64,000 nucleotides of DNA from Octopus vulgaris (taxonomy: Eukaryota). The translations under genes were made by a program, and so were the position numbers. The notes under the pieces are model-generated. The model did no database searches and had not been told where the DNA came from. It saw only the letters and a program-made list of their open reading frames with translations. Location of the stretch: NCBI GenBank assembly GCA_951406725.2, contig OX597841.1, positions 14,198,001 through 14,262,000 of the forward strand, given 5' to 3'. Below are positions 25,053 through 37,869 of the stretch, in pieces (positions within the stretch are counted from its first letter, which is position 1; every line of letters begins with the position of its first letter).

Positions 25053-25261
25053 CCCTTTAGTTTTCTGATTATTCTATCAAAGATAATGCTTATTGATTCC
25101 CATTGATTTGAATTAATCCTGCATTATCTCATATCTTCAAGATCTTGATGGTGCAATTACTTAATGTAGAATAACATTGTAGGGTAGGTGTGAGAGCCTG
25201 GATCTGGTCAGTTTGAACATAAGACAGATTAACTATTTTGGCCGGTTTAAATACTAAAGGG
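25053..25261. mobile_element. piggyBac-type MITE
   Basis: TTAA|CCCTTTAG...CTAAAGGG|TTAA. Related inverted partial copies at ~25266-25472 and ~25573-25780, plus a partial copy at ~1684-1865. Confidence 0.8.
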
Positions 25262-25899
25262 TTAAGTCGGCCATATCCAGCCAAAAGTATTCTGCCTGTT
25301 TTATGTTCAAACTGGCCAGATCTGGTCTCTCACACCAACCCTACAATATCGTCTTAAAGATTAACAGCTTCCTCATCAAAATCTCATAGCTACAAGATAA
25401 TGCATGATTAGTTCAAAACAATTTGGATGAAAAAGGGATTAATTTTGGCAGAATAATGCGGACACTAAAGGGTTAATGTTCCACTATGACCGTCCCATCT
25501 TTTATTCAGGCATAGTGTATCTAAGACTACATTATCTAGTGTGTCATACATTTTAACTCAGTGGGATGTGATTTAAACCGGCCATATCCGGCCAAAAGTA
25601 TTCTACCTGTTTTATGTGCAAACTGGCCAGATCTGGTCTCTCACACCAACCCTACAATATCGTCTTAAAAATTAAGTTACCTCATCAAAATCTCATAGCT
25701 ACAAGATAATGCATGATTAATTCAGAACAATGTGGATAAAAAAGGATTAATTTTGGCAGAATAATGCGGACACTAAAGGGTTAAGCAAAACTTGCCTATT
25801 GTATCTAGCAAGTTGAGGGACTACATTGAAGCTGGTGTGTGTTCTTCTCCTCCTCTATAATGAATGAAAGACCTTTAGGGGTCACAGAATGAAAACAAA

Positions 25900-25933
25900 A
25901 CAAACATGTCATTGAAAAGGGAACAATTTTATT
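25900..25933 (-). terminator. Candidate polyadenylation signal of the C1orf87-like gene
   Basis: AATAAA on the minus strand at 25933-25928, followed by GU/U-rich tgtttgttttgtttt. An alternative AATAAA lies at 26630-26625. Confidence 0.4.
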
Positions 25934-26294
25934 AAAATACATACATACTTACACACAAACATACATACATACACTCATACACATATATAGCTATATGTGT
26001 GTGTACATTTATGCATTACTATACACGTGTTTCAGTAAGCCAGCAGCACATTTCCTCAGTATTTCAGCAAAAAATTTCACAGTTGTGGTGTGTCATTAAA
26101 TACTCACATAGAGATGGTACCATAAATCCAACTTCCTTCATCGGGGCGGAAAACTGACAAACGGTGCCACCAGTGTTTGCTCCCAAAGGAAGCTTGACTT
26201 ATGGTAATATATCCATGTGACTATTCACCAGTTGCATACCCATGACTTTGCACATTCCATCTGTATATATATATATATATACACACACATTCCA

Positions 26295-26354
<60 letters not shown>

Positions 26355-26447
26355 TCATTACATACATATACACACACTCATGTATACATATATACACACA
26401 CATATATGTACATATACACACACACACATATATATATATATATTATG

Positions 26448-26478
<31 letters not shown>

Positions 26479-28004
26479 TGTACACATATATACACACATA
26501 TATACACACACACACACATATATATATAACATCCATTCTCACGTGTGTAACAGGCTTAACCCTCCTCCACAGTTTTTTTTTTCTTTTTTCTTATAAAAGG
26601 ACAATGTTTAGGAACTGGAAATATTTTATTATGGAGTGGCAGGGATGGATAGGATAAGAAGCCTCTCATGCTGTTGGTAGGGGTTTGTCACAGTGTTAAT
26701 CAAATAAGGATCAAGTTTAAGAGGACGCTTAACCATCAACAGTTCAGTCCATCTGGCTGTAAGATGGTGCCACAGCGCAATAGAATGTCTTGTGTCTGAG
26801 TAGGTCTGAAAGAAATCTTTAGTCTGATATCTCTAGAAGATCTGTTATGTGATATCTGTGGGATATCTGTTGGAGATCTGCAGGATATCTATAGTTCACA
26901 TCTGTAGGTTGATGTTGGTAGGACAGTGTCTCTTGATGCCTATAGACTGACAATTTTAATTCATTAATAGGCTGACTTTTGGATGCTGATGTCAGTTGAA
27001 CATCTGGAGGTTGACATCTGCAGGACATCTATAAGTTGACACCAGTAGGACATATCTTGTTGATATCTGTAGGTTGAGAGTAATAGGATATCCATTAGTT
27101 GACAGCTGTTCATTGACAACTGCAGGGTGACTACTGTTGGTTGACAACTGCTGGTTGGTAGCGGTTGATTGACAAATGTTAGCTAGCAGCTGATGATTGA
27201 CAATTGCTGTTGGTTGACAGCTGGAAATTGACAATTGCTGTTTGACAGCTGTTGGTTGACAACTGTAGGTTGTCATGTGTTGGAAAAAGGTGGAATAGGG
27301 TAATAACTCGAAAGGTTTGATTTTGTGAGGAGTAAAGGAAGAAGAGTGGGGGATGGTGTGACAGGAGAGAGTAGAGATGGAATGTGGAATGGGTTTGATA
27401 TCTGAGATGGAAATGAAACTGGATACTGATGTCTGTGGTGGTGATGAGGAGGCTAACATGCTGTTACTTCATGAAAGTATATCAAAATTAAGTTGTCCAT
27501 CTGTGTTTGCAAGTCTACTTTGAGGTACACTCACGAAATGCTCCTACATTCACTGACTCATACTAACACTCACTCAGTCACACTCACTCTCACTCTCACT
27601 CACCACTCACATTCATTCAGTTAACCTCATGCCCTCACTCAATCCCAATAACATACACACACATGCACACACACACATAGAAAACACGCACATGCACACA
27701 CAAACACTCTCTCACACACACTCATACATACATATACTCACACACATGCACATATATACACTCACACACACACTCATGTATGTATATGGTTTCTCACACA
27801 CGCATGCACTCAATCATTTTTTTCCCCCTCCAGGGGTCATTCACTCCTATAAGTCAGCATCAACAACAACAACAATAACAACACCACATTATCTCACTGT
27901 CTCCACCCCCTCCCCTCTCACCAATCCCCGCCCCCACTGATGCGAGGGGTGACGGCAGCGGCAGCAGTGGTGGTCGTGGGTGGAGACGAGATGTTCGTTG
28001 ACCC

Positions 28005-28171
28005 TCAACTCGGTATTCCTCCCAGCTGCTTCAACATGCTGTGCAGATTGACTTGATTGTGGTCCAGTGATTCGGCGATTGCGTGTTCAATCTTCAGCTC
28101 CGGCAGCCCCAGGTTGTATTTGCTGTTGCTGGCGTGGACAAGGCTCCAGACGTCGTCGAGGGGGAGGAAAC
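28005..28171 (-). CDS. C1orf87: C1orf87-like exon 12 (terminal)
   Basis: Acceptor gacacag|GT, phase 1. Reads GFLPLDDVWSLVHASNSKYNLGLPELKIEHAIAESLDHNQVNLHSMLKQLGGIPS then TGA. Resembles the vertebrate C1orf87 C-terminus as recalled (GVLE...YNLSLS..KIDQAL). Confidence 0.88.
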
Positions 28172-28449
28172 CTGTGTCGGCGGGTAAGCCGGGGGGGCAG
28201 TTTGGAAAAAGAGATAAAAAGAGAGAAATATGTTAGAGAAGGAAGGAGACGGAGGTGAGAAAATAGCCGTTAAAATCGAACTGCACTCTTCAAAACTTGT
28301 ACTAAGAATAAGAACCAGGTAAAATTACTACCTGCTGTTGTAACAAGTTGATGATGCAGGTAGTTTATCCCATTCCCCCACCCCCTCTGACTTTTGGTTC
28401 ATGCAAAAAACTGCATCATTTATGGGATGACCCAATATGTATATCTATA

Positions 28450-28657
28450 TTCTTTTACTTGTTTCAGTCATTTGACTGTGGCCATGCTGGAGCACTGCCT
28501 TTAGTCGAGGAAATCGACTGTAGGACTTATTCTTTGTAAGCCTGGTACTTATTCTATCGGTCTCTTTTGCCGAACCGCTAAGTTACAGGGACATAAACAC
28601 ACCAGCATCAGTTGTCAAGCAACGCTAGGGGGACAAACAGACACACAAACACACACA

Positions 28658-28709
<52 letters not shown>

Positions 28710-28873
28710 TACGACGGGCTTCTTTCAGTTTCCGTCTACCAAATCCACTCACAAGGCTTTGATCGGCCCGAGGCTATAGTAGAAGACACTTGCCCAAGGT
28801 GCCACGCAGTGGGACTGAACCCAGAACCATGTGGTTGGTAAACAAGCTACTTACCACACAGCCACTCCTGTGG

Positions 28874-28907
<34 letters not shown>

Positions 28908-29112
28908 TTTTATTATTTTATTTGTTTCAGTCATTTGACTGTGGCCATGCTGGAGCACTGCCTTTAGTCGAGGAAATCGACTGTAGGACTTATTCTTTGT
29001 AAGCCTAGTACTTATTCTATCGGTCTCTTTTGCCAAACTGCTAAGTTACAGGGACATAAACACACCAGCATCGGTTGTCAAGCGATGTTGGGGGGACAAA
29101 CACACACACACA
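28450..29112 (-). mobile_element. SINE family A, full copy plus 3' half
   Basis: Copies at 28450-28872 and 28905-29112. Confidence 0.88.
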
Positions 29113-29122
29113 CATACTGTAC

Positions 29123-29237
29123 CTGCATGGTCCGAGTCTTGAGCATAAAGTCTGTTGGCCAGTTTCATAAACCTGTCAAACCAACTTCCATCGTCAGCAA
29201 TGATCCCTGTCTGTGCTTTCAGTGTCCCCATGGGGTC
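29123..29237 (-). CDS. C1orf87: C1orf87-like exon 11
   Basis: cctacaacag|GAC...GCAG|gtacag. Reads DPMGTLKAQTGIIADDGSWFDRFMKLANRLYAQDSDHA, matching the recalled C1orf87 motif WIDRFRKLENALYLCD. Confidence 0.9.
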
Positions 29238-29974
29238 CTGTTGTAGGAAAAAAGGGTCCAGAATTAAACACAGCAGAGGCTAGAATATCTGGGTCCCATA
29301 TATGGATTGGGGCAGCATGATAAACCTCCCTCAAATCACACCCTACTGTCTTATCTATATATATATGTATGTATGAGCCAATGAGGGAGACCTCTACATG
29401 GTAGCTAGACCTGGTAGAAATAGCAGCCAAATCTTCCTCAGATCACACCCTACTGTCTTATCTATGTGTATATGTATGTATGAGCCAATGAGGGAGTCCT
29501 CTACACGGTAGAAATAGCAGCCAAATCTCCCTCAATTCACACCCTACTGTCTTATCTATGTATATATGTATGTATGAGCCAATGAGGGAAACCTCTACAT
29601 GGTAGCTAGACCTGGTAGAAAGAGTAGCAAGATATGCTTCAAACTACCCCACTGTCCTACACACACACACACACACATGTATTATATGATCTGGTTCCTG
29701 TTCCCTACAATAGCTAGTTGAAGTATAGTAACAGAAGGGAAGATGAGAGATAAACTTCCACCTGGATAGGACACCAGTCTCTCACAAGTACCGTTCCCCC
29801 CCATCCCTTAGGTAAACTGAGGCGATGTAGAATATAGCGTATTGCCATAGATATATGGTAAACTGCAAGAGGTAGATATTGGACTCAGGTCTGTTTCATT
29901 ACTTGTCAGTCTTTTCAACCACTCATCAAGCTTTATTCTGCCACACTGATCAATCGAACAAGACATAAACTTAC

Positions 29975-30133
29975 TGTACACCTGTCACCGTAATTAGGGG
30001 ACAAACCCCTAGCCATTTGTTCACCATCTTTCAGCCGTGATTTATCTTCGTCTTTCTGATGTTGTGGGGTGTTTCTTTCCCTGTTTCCATCCATTCGTTG
30101 TTTGTTTGAGGGTAAGCCGGCAGCTAAGAGAGA
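29975..30133 (-). CDS. C1orf87: C1orf87-like exon 10 (low-complexity linker)
   Basis: ttctctttgtag|TCT...ACA|gtaagt. 53 codons SLLAAGLPSNKQRMDG...YGDRCT; phase 0/0 fits its neighbours. Confidence 0.7.
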
Positions 30134-30378
30134 CTACAAAGAGAACACGGACCAACAAATTGTTAGTGCTGTGAAGGCAAGAACAGTCTGACAAACTATA
30201 ATCACTCTTTCATCGCTGTAGGGTTTATATATACATACACACATACATACATACATATATAAAGGGTTGAAATCTCCAAGCTGTGAGATAATCCAGGATT
30301 ATTTAAAAGCAATGTGAATAAATAAGGGTCACGTTTGATTGAGTAGTCTGAATGCTAAGGGGTTGAAATCCCTCTCAC

Positions 30379-30559
30379 CTGTTCTCTTGTTGGCAACACC
30401 TTTTGTGTTACATCCCTAGGCGACTGTGTAGCTTTTGGCCAGTTTGGTAATGGTGCCAGGTAGTTCTTAGCGTACTCCAGTGGCCTTTTGCTGGAAGGAA
30501 TCCTGAGTCCGGTGTGGATCGGTTGCACACGTTCTAGGAACGAGATGAACTTGTGCCAA
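30379..30559 (-). CDS. C1orf87: C1orf87-like exon 9
   Basis: ttttgcag|T...CAG|gtgaga. Reads (S)WHKFISFLERVQPIHTG...PTREQ; phase 2 in, phase 0 out. Confidence 0.88.
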
Positions 30560-30921
30560 CTGCAAAACAAAAACCCCGAATACATTGAAGGAAACAAAAC
30601 AATTCACAGAAACATGCAAGGGTTGGAATTTGCATTTAGTGAGGGCAAGCAGTCCAGGAAGAATAAATTAGATTAAATTGTTCTTTTACACTCTCTTTAT
30701 GTTTATGTTACCTCTACCCAATCTCCAGTTCTGTTCCTCTACCCCCATGCCACCCAGAACTCACCCTGATGCCTCATCTTCATCATCTTTATTTCTCTTT
30801 CCATCTCCACCCTAATCATTCCCACCCATCGCTTCTGTAATGTGGGTAGCCATGTGGACCCTCTCAACTGGCAAAAGGTAAAATTACATTCTGAGGCATG
30901 GCCTCAGAAGGTAACTTTTAT

Positions 30922-31548
30922 ATGCGCAGGAGTGGCTGTGTGGTAGGTAGCTTGCTTACCAACCACATGGTTCCGGGTTCAGTCCCACTGCATGGCACCT
31001 TGGGCAAGTGTCTTCTACTATAGCCCCGGGCCGACCAAAGCCTTGTGAGTGGATTTGGTAGAAGGAAACTGAAAGAAGCCCATTGTATATATGTATATAT
31101 ATATGTATATAAACATATATTTGTGTCTGTGTTTGTGTGTCTCTCTCTTTTACTCTTTTACTTGTTTCAATCATTTGACTGCGGCCATGCTGGAGCACTG
31201 CCTTTAATCGAGCAACTCGACCCCGGGACTTATTCTTTTGTAAGCCCAGTACTTATTCTATCGGTCTCTTTTGCCGAACCGCTAAGTGACGGTGACATAA
31301 ACACACCAGCGTCGGTTGTCAAGCAATGCTAGGAGGACAAACACAGACACACAAACACACACACGCATATATATACATACATATATACGACGGGCTTCTT
31401 TCAGTTTCCGTCTACCAAATCCACTCACAAGGCACTGGTCGGCCCAAGGCTATAGTAGAAGACACTTGCCCAAGGTGCCACGCAGTGGGACTGAACCCGG
31501 AACCATGTGGTTGGTTAGCAAGCTACTTACCACACAGCCACTCCTGCG
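30922..31548. mobile_element. Abutting inverted SINE family A pair
   Basis: + 5' half at 30922-31140 and - full copy at 31146-31548. Confidence 0.88.
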
Positions 31549-31707
31549 TGTGTGTATGTTTGTGAGTATGTGATATGTATGTGTGCGTGATATATAATTG
31601 TATGTGTGTGTGTATGTATCTATGTATGTGTACAGTGTGTTTGTGTGTGGGGGTTTGTATGTGTGTGTACATGTATGCGTGTGTGTGTATGTGTGTATGT
31701 GACTTAC

Positions 31708-31805
31708 CTATACTGTCCATTGCTAACATCACAGCATCGGTAAAGAATGTCGTCCAGCAGAGACTCACTGACCGGAATCGAATTTCGGTAACAAACACGT
31801 TTAAT
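31708..31805 (-). CDS. C1orf87: C1orf87-like exon 8
   Basis: cttcgtttcag|ATT...AG|gtaagt. Reads IKRVCYRNSIPVSESLLDDILYRCCDVSNGQY; phase 0 in, phase 2 out. Confidence 0.88.
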
Positions 31806-32229
31806 CTGAAACGAAGACACAACAAGACATTCAGACAAAATTGTCAGCCGTGGCGCCATCTGGTGAATAAGTTTTGACTCTTATGATCGCCAATGATCTT
31901 GGGGTTTGTATCTTGGAGGATATGTTCTGGAGTCTTCTATGACAATGGCAGACTGACCAATGTCTTCCAGGAAGAATTTTGGAAGAAGGAAATTGTCAAG
32001 GAAGCTTGTTTGAGTGAAGATTAGTCTTTTAATTAAATTACAGTACATTTCTAGATTCACACACACACACACACGTGCATGTGCAACAGGCTTCTTTCAG
32101 TTTCCATCTACCAATTCCACTGAGAAGGCTTTGATCAGCCTGGAAGATCTTTGATCGTAGGTCTGCTGGGTTAAGTTGGACCAACCAGGGGCAAAACAAC
32201 AGCAACAACAACAACCATTGATACATGGA

Positions 32230-32610
32230 AGCACTCCGTCTGTTACGACGATGAGGGTTCCGGTTGATCTGAACCAACGGAACAGCCTGCTCGTGAAATT
32301 AACGTGTAAGTGGCTGAGTACTCCACAGACACGTGTACCCTTAACGTAGTTCTCGGGGATATTCAGCGTGACACAGAGAGTGACAAGGCCGGCCCTTTGA
32401 AATACAGGTACAACAGAAACAGGAAGTAAGAGTGAGAGAAAGTTGTGGTGAAAGAGTACAGCAGGGATCGCCACCATCCCCTGCCGGAGCCTCGTGGAGC
32501 TTTAGGTGTTTTCGCTCAATAAACACTCACAATGCCCGGTCTGGGAATCGAAACCACGATCCTACGACCGCGAGTCCACCGCCCTAACCACTGGGCCATT
32601 GCGCCTCCAC
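32230..32610 (-). mobile_element. tRNA-derived SINE family D
   Basis: Head tggcccagtggttaggg...ggtttcgattccc; 3' region shared with the diverged + copy at 11650-11945. Confidence 0.8.
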
Positions 32611-32662
32611 TTAACCATTGATACAACCCTTGAAGAAATAAGAAATCCACCTTAGTCCCTAC

Positions 32663-32825
32663 CTGATCGGCCGAAAGGGTCTCTCTGTGATTTCGATCTT
32701 CGGTTTGGAAGCTGGAGGTCAACTTGTCAAAATTTATGTTGTAGTTGACCTGTCGTAGTTCTCGTTCAACAGCGCGAATTAGTTTAGCAATGTCCTGGTC
32801 GGGCAAAGGAGATTCCCCTTTTGGA
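32663..32825 (-). CDS. C1orf87: C1orf87-like exon 7 (EF-hand-like helices)
   Basis: ttccatgaccag|T...CAG|gtaggg. Reads PKGESPLPDQDIAKLIRAVERELRQVNYNINFDKLTSSFQTEDRNHRETLSADQ, resembling the recalled C1orf87 LNIDNLNLSFRKEDR. Confidence 0.88.
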
Positions 32826-33419
32826 CTGGTCATGGAAGGAAAGCACAAACATACAGCAGCTTAGATACATTTACTTGGACACAAGCATAAACAAACATAT
32901 ATACAAAGGGGTACTGGACAGTTCCTGGTTTTGAGTAAAAGAAAATAAAGGAGGATCGGTTAATTATGATTTTATGCAACATATTCCCCTCACAGATTCA
33001 CACACTTATTGCAAGGGTCCTTCAGTTTTTCTAAGCTCTGTAAAAGAACTTAGAAGGTTGGGCCTCTGACCAGGCTTTTCACAACACCCTTAAAATAAGG
33101 AAGTTTGCAGCACTCCCTCACATGTCCAATCCACACTGTAAAGTGGTTGGCATTTGGAAGGGCAGCCAGTTGTAAAAATCACACCAAAACTGACCTCACC
33201 TGTACTGGGGTCACGTAAAAAGCACTCAGTCCACTTTATGGGGTGATTGGTGTTAGGAAGAGCATCCAGCTGTAAAAACCATGCCAAAATATACACTGAA
33301 GTATAGTGCAGGCCTCTGCCTGGCCAGTTCCTGTCAGACCATCCAACCTATGCCAGCATGGAGGGTGGGTGTTAAATGATGATGATGATATATATATATG
33401 TATATTTATCTCTTCTATT

Positions 33420-33655
33420 CTTTAATTATTATAAATCTTCTTCCACTGAGGAGGGAGCCAGTTTCCAACAAAGATACAAGACTCCGTCTCTGGAATGTAG
33501 TCAACTCAGACAAATTCACATTTGGAACTTGAGAAAAGTCTTGCAGATTTTGCCTGTTCCACTCACAGATTGTACTTGATGTGTACGAATCTACCGGTCA
33601 ATTTCTCTTTCTGAAAATCCCAGTTTATCCAGATTCTCCTTTAAGCATTTACTAA
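33420..33655 (-). mobile_element. Non-LTR retrotransposon 3' end (clade uncertain, R4/RLE-like C-terminus)
   Basis: KCLKENLDKLGFSEREIDR*IRTHQVQSVSGTGKICKTFLKFQM* with an internal stop, followed by a short UTR and AT-rich tail. Confidence 0.55.
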
Positions 33656-33829
33656 AATATTACCACTATCTAACACTGCCACCACAACCACCACCACCAG
33701 TGGGAACATGTACCCCACCTTATGAAAAACAGAACTAAACCTGTCAGACCAGTGGTACTCCAGCATGGTCACACTCCAGTCAAAATGAGACTAATCAAAG
33801 CCGAAACGATGACAAAATCTTTGACTCAC

Positions 33830-33937
33830 AGATCTCCTGGTTTTTCAAGATTATTGTTGAAATATTTTGGTGGAGAATCTTCCGGTTGTTGCAACTGGCT
33901 GAGAATGGAATTCTTTTCAATATGGTTTCTTACAACA
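33830..33937 (-). CDS. C1orf87: C1orf87-like exon 6 (symmetric phase 2/2, 108 bp)
   Basis: tttttcattgcag|T...CT|gtgagt. Reads VVRNHIEKNSILSQLQQPEDSPPKYFNNNLEKPGD. Confidence 0.8.
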
Positions 33938-34052
33938 CTGCAATGAAAAAAAAAAACAACATAAAAATAGCCATCTCAGTATCATATTAAATGTATAAAC
34001 ACTGTCAAAAGCCCAGTTACTGCAGCATTTGTCTTGAGATAAAGTCTCTTAT

Positions 34053-34985
34053 AGCGCAGGAGTGGCTGTGTGGTAAGTAGCTTGTTTACCAACCACATGG
34101 TTCCGGGTTCAGTCCCACTGCGTGGAACCTTGGGCAGGTGTCTTCTGCTATAGCCTCGGGCCGACCAAAGCCTTGTGAGTGGATTTGGTAGACAGAAACT
34201 GAAAGAAGCCCATCGTATATATGTATATATATGCGTGTGTGTGTTTGTGTGTCTGTGTTTGTCCCCCTAGCATTGCTTGACAACCGATGCTGGTGTGTTT
34301 ACGTCCCCGTTACTTAGCAGTTCGGCAAGAGACCGATAGAATAAGTACTGGGCTTACAAAAGAATAAGTCCCGGGGTCAAGTTGCTCGACTAAAGGCGGT
34401 GCTCCAGCATGGCCGCAGTCAAATGACTGAAACAAGTAAAAGAGTAAAGAGTATGGATTTGCTATGTTACAAACACAGTAAATATTGGGGAGTGATGAAA
34501 ATATATTCCGACAGTAGCTGGCAAGAGCAATGTGGCTTCCCAACCACATGGTTCCGGGTTCAGTCCCACTGCGTGGCACCTTGGGCAAGTGTCTTCTACA
34601 ATAGCCTTGGGCCAACCAAAGCCTTGTGAGTGGATTTGGTAGAAGGAAACTAAAAGAAGCCTGTCGTGTGTGTGTGTGTGTGTGTGTATGCTCTTTTACT
34701 CTTTTACTCTTTTACTTGTTTCAGTAATTTGACTGCGGCCATGCTGGAGCACCACCTTTAATTGAGGAACTCGACCCCGGGACTTATTCTTTGTAAGCCC
34801 AGTACTTATTTTATCGGTCTCTTTTGCCAAACCGCTAAGTGACGGGGACATAAACACACCAGCATCAGTTGTCAAGCAATGCTAGGGGGACAAACACAGA
34901 CACACAAACACACACACGTATATATATATATATATATACATATATATACGATGGGCTTCTTTCAGTTTCCGTCTACCAAATTCAC
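34053..34985. mobile_element. SINE family A cluster (+,+,-)
   Basis: 34053-34454 (+), 34530-34690 (+, partial), 34691-34985 (-, partial). Confidence 0.88.
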
Positions 34986-35036
34986 TGCTCTCACACACAC
35001 ACACACACAAACAGTATACATATTAGTATAACTTAC

Positions 35037-35167
35037 TTGCTGTTGTGTCCAAACTTCAGCGCTGCACCAAACAGAGAGAGTATTTTCTCATAATTGACCA
35101 ACCCTGGATAGTCTTTGGCCACAAATAAAGATGCCGCAAGTCTGAGAGTGTCTGTGGAAATGGTTAC
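35037..35167 (-). CDS. C1orf87: C1orf87-like exon 5
   Basis: gtatccag|GTA...AA|gtaagt. Reads VTISTDTLRLAASLFVAKDYPGLVNYEKILSLFGAALKFGHNS; VNYEK motif as recalled for C1orf87. Confidence 0.88.
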
Positions 35168-35284
35168 CTGGATACACGTGTCAGAAGAAAAACAGAGACA
35201 TTTGGGACGTTAAAATATTTTGGAATTTAAAAAAGGTAGAGGGGGGTGCGTATAACAAGGTGAATAGGATTGTGTTGTAGTGGT

Positions 35285-35439
35285 GATGTGGGGTGTTGGT
35301 GGTGATGATGATGATGGTGGTGATGATGGTGATGATTATGATGATGGTGATGATGATGATGATGATGACGACGACGATGATGATGATGATGACAATGATG
35401 ATGATGATGACAATGATGATGATGATGATGATGATGACA

Positions 35440-35470
<31 letters not shown>

Positions 35471-35493
35471 CAATGATGATGATGATGATGACA

Positions 35494-35530
<37 letters not shown>

Positions 35531-35538
35531 CGATGACA

Positions 35539-35572
<34 letters not shown>

Positions 35573-35573
35573 C

Positions 35574-35611
<38 letters not shown>

Positions 35612-35772
35612 CGATGATGATGATGATGATGATGACAATGATGATGATGATGATGATGATGATGATAACGATGATGATGATGATAATGCTGATGATGGTG
35701 ATGATAGTGATGACAGCGACGACGACAATGATGATGATGGGTGGGGATGATGAAACTAATGATGATAATGAC
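35285..35772. repeat. (GAT)n microsatellite, ~490 bp
   Basis: Seen directly; fills most of C1orf87-like intron 4. Confidence 0.97.
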
Positions 35773-35786
35773 AATCCAATACTGAC

Positions 35787-36521
35787 CTTCATTTTCGACA
35801 GAGTGAAATTGATGTCCTGGAGCCGGCACCAGCCGGTCAGTCGGCGGTCAAACGTACACAGCATCATGTAGATTTCCCTGAGTACGTTCGGGTGGACGGT
35901 GGACAGTTCATCGTGCAGCATCTTCATCAGCTTTATCTCCGTGTCCGCGTTGAGCCGGAGCGGTTCGGACAGTAGATATGGAAGTTTCGGTAATAGTCCT
36001 AGCAAGTACTGCCGGTCACTGATGTGGTCAGCATGAGCCGCATGAAGCACGTGCAGTGCGGGGCCGTCCTCAGTGGTGCTAGCACTGTTGTTGACCGAAG
36101 CAGCAGGGGTGGTCATGGCGTTATTGTTGACGGTCACTAAATTCTGCTGAGGGTGGTCAGTTTGTGTGTTGCTGTCCGTGAATACATCATGCTGAATGTC
36201 CAGAGAAAGATGCTGCTGTCGTTGGCTCTCAGCGGTGACCCCTGGGGCCACTGACCGTTGCTGTTGCTGCAGGTGTTGTTGGCTCGTGAGGTAATTCGGG
36301 TCCTCGGTTTTGCCGAGGTAACCCGAGCTGTGTTCTCGGCCGTTCATGAAATCCTTGCGAGGTAACGTCCAGCACTCTGGCTCAAAGACGGTCGACATCT
36401 GGTTCTTGGTGCGGTACCGTGCAATTGGGGGCAGGGTGCTGTAGGGGCTGAGCTTCATGGTTTTGGAATCGGGTCGAAACCCAAGAGGGGTCTTCCGCAT
36501 CAGATTGGGAGAGCTGTTGCC
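35787..36521 (-). CDS. C1orf87: C1orf87-like exon 4 (735 bp)
   Basis: cttaccttccag|GGC...AAG|gtcagt. 245 codons GNSSPNLMRKTPL...LCTFDRRLTGWCRLQDINFTLSKMK (the real part of track ORF 35181..36542). Confidence 0.9.
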
Positions 36522-36719
36522 CTGGAAGGTAAGAAGAGACAACTGCAGGTACAGGAGAGAGAAAATATGGATAAGAAATAGCAGTCAAATCTCCCTCAAG
36601 TCACACTGTATTGTCTTTAAAAAGGATATAAAAAACAATGAAGTCATAAATACATAAAATAAACACGGGATGGTCATGGCTAGAATGCTTTTGATCATGT
36701 ATATAGAAATATATATGTA

Positions 36720-37030
36720 CTAGCAGTATCACCCGGCGTTGCTCGGGTTTGTAAGGGAAATAAATATATAAGCATTTTTAGAGAGTTACTTCCCTTATAT
36801 AAAACCGAGTAAAAAATGCATTAAAAAACCGAAAAAATGATGGTAAATTTTTTTTTTAAATTGTAGACTCATCGTAGACGCGTGCTAATACCCAGAAGGG
36901 CTCGATATGAATCACGACTATAAGATACTCGCTTTTGGTTAAACTGCACCGCAAAATGTGGGAGTAGTTAGGAATCTAAATCAGAGTAGACAGACTCTCA
37001 CACACACAACTTCAGTTTTATATATAAAGA
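36720..37030 (-). mobile_element. Non-autonomous Helitron, intact (311 bp)
   Basis: Minus strand starts TC(tttatatat) and ends CTAG. Subterminal GC hairpin at 36731-36748; inserted between A and T with no TSD. Confidence 0.85.
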
Positions 37031-37433
37031 TATATATCTATTATGGTAGCAGAAAAGGAATTTTTAACTCCTATTTCTAAATTCGGTGCATGGCGAAGCA
37101 ATTAGCTGGCCCCTGATTATAATTATGTTTATAATTATAGAATATTTGTATAATTTTAGCTAAAAATGTTATTTTAACGTACCAAACTACTTAGTAAAAT
37201 TGTGAGTGGATCTGGGAGATGGAAACTGAAAGAAGCCCATTGTATATATATGTATATATATTTAGGTGTGTGTTTATTTGTGTCTGTGTTTGTCCCCCCA
37301 CCATCGCTTAACAACCGATGTTGGTGTGTTTACGTCCCCGTCACCTAGCGGTTCAGCAAAATAGTCTGATAGAATAAGTACTAGGCTTACAAAGAATAAG
37401 TCCTATATATGTATATGTATAATGGATAATATA

Positions 37434-37481
<48 letters not shown>

Positions 37482-37869
37482 TATATATATATATAATCTT
37501 ATATTAAACTCTGTACTCAGCTTAGACTTGACAGAGTTACCTGCTCCTGAATTAACCTGAATGTGACCAAATCCTCCTCAACCACAACCAGCAAAATGTA
37601 TCCTTTGAATTATGCATTCAGTCTACCTGAACAGGCTTCATTACAGTTTCCACTATACCCAATTTCACCCACTAAAGAATGGATCACCCGGAGGCTTATA
37701 GTAAAATAGCATTTGCCCAAAATGCTGAGCCTTGAGATTGAACCCAAGATCTCAGGGTTGCGAAGTGGACCTCTGAACCATTGATTACACAAACACACTT
37801 AAAATACGTTGATGAGTGTTGTTTGACTCTGTTGAATGGGCCAGTGATGTGAAGGCAATCATCCCTTAC

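Noticed and set aside
26820-27460. 155-aa minus-strand ORF with repeated CQPT-like motifs
   Set aside because: A degenerate gttgacagct-type repeat in the presumptive C1orf87 3' UTR, with no coding signature.
33567-33655. Possible extra C1orf87 exon ending in a gtgagt donor
   Set aside because: The obvious acceptors give in-frame stops, exons 6 and 7 already join in phase, and the sequence reads as a decayed LINE C-terminus.
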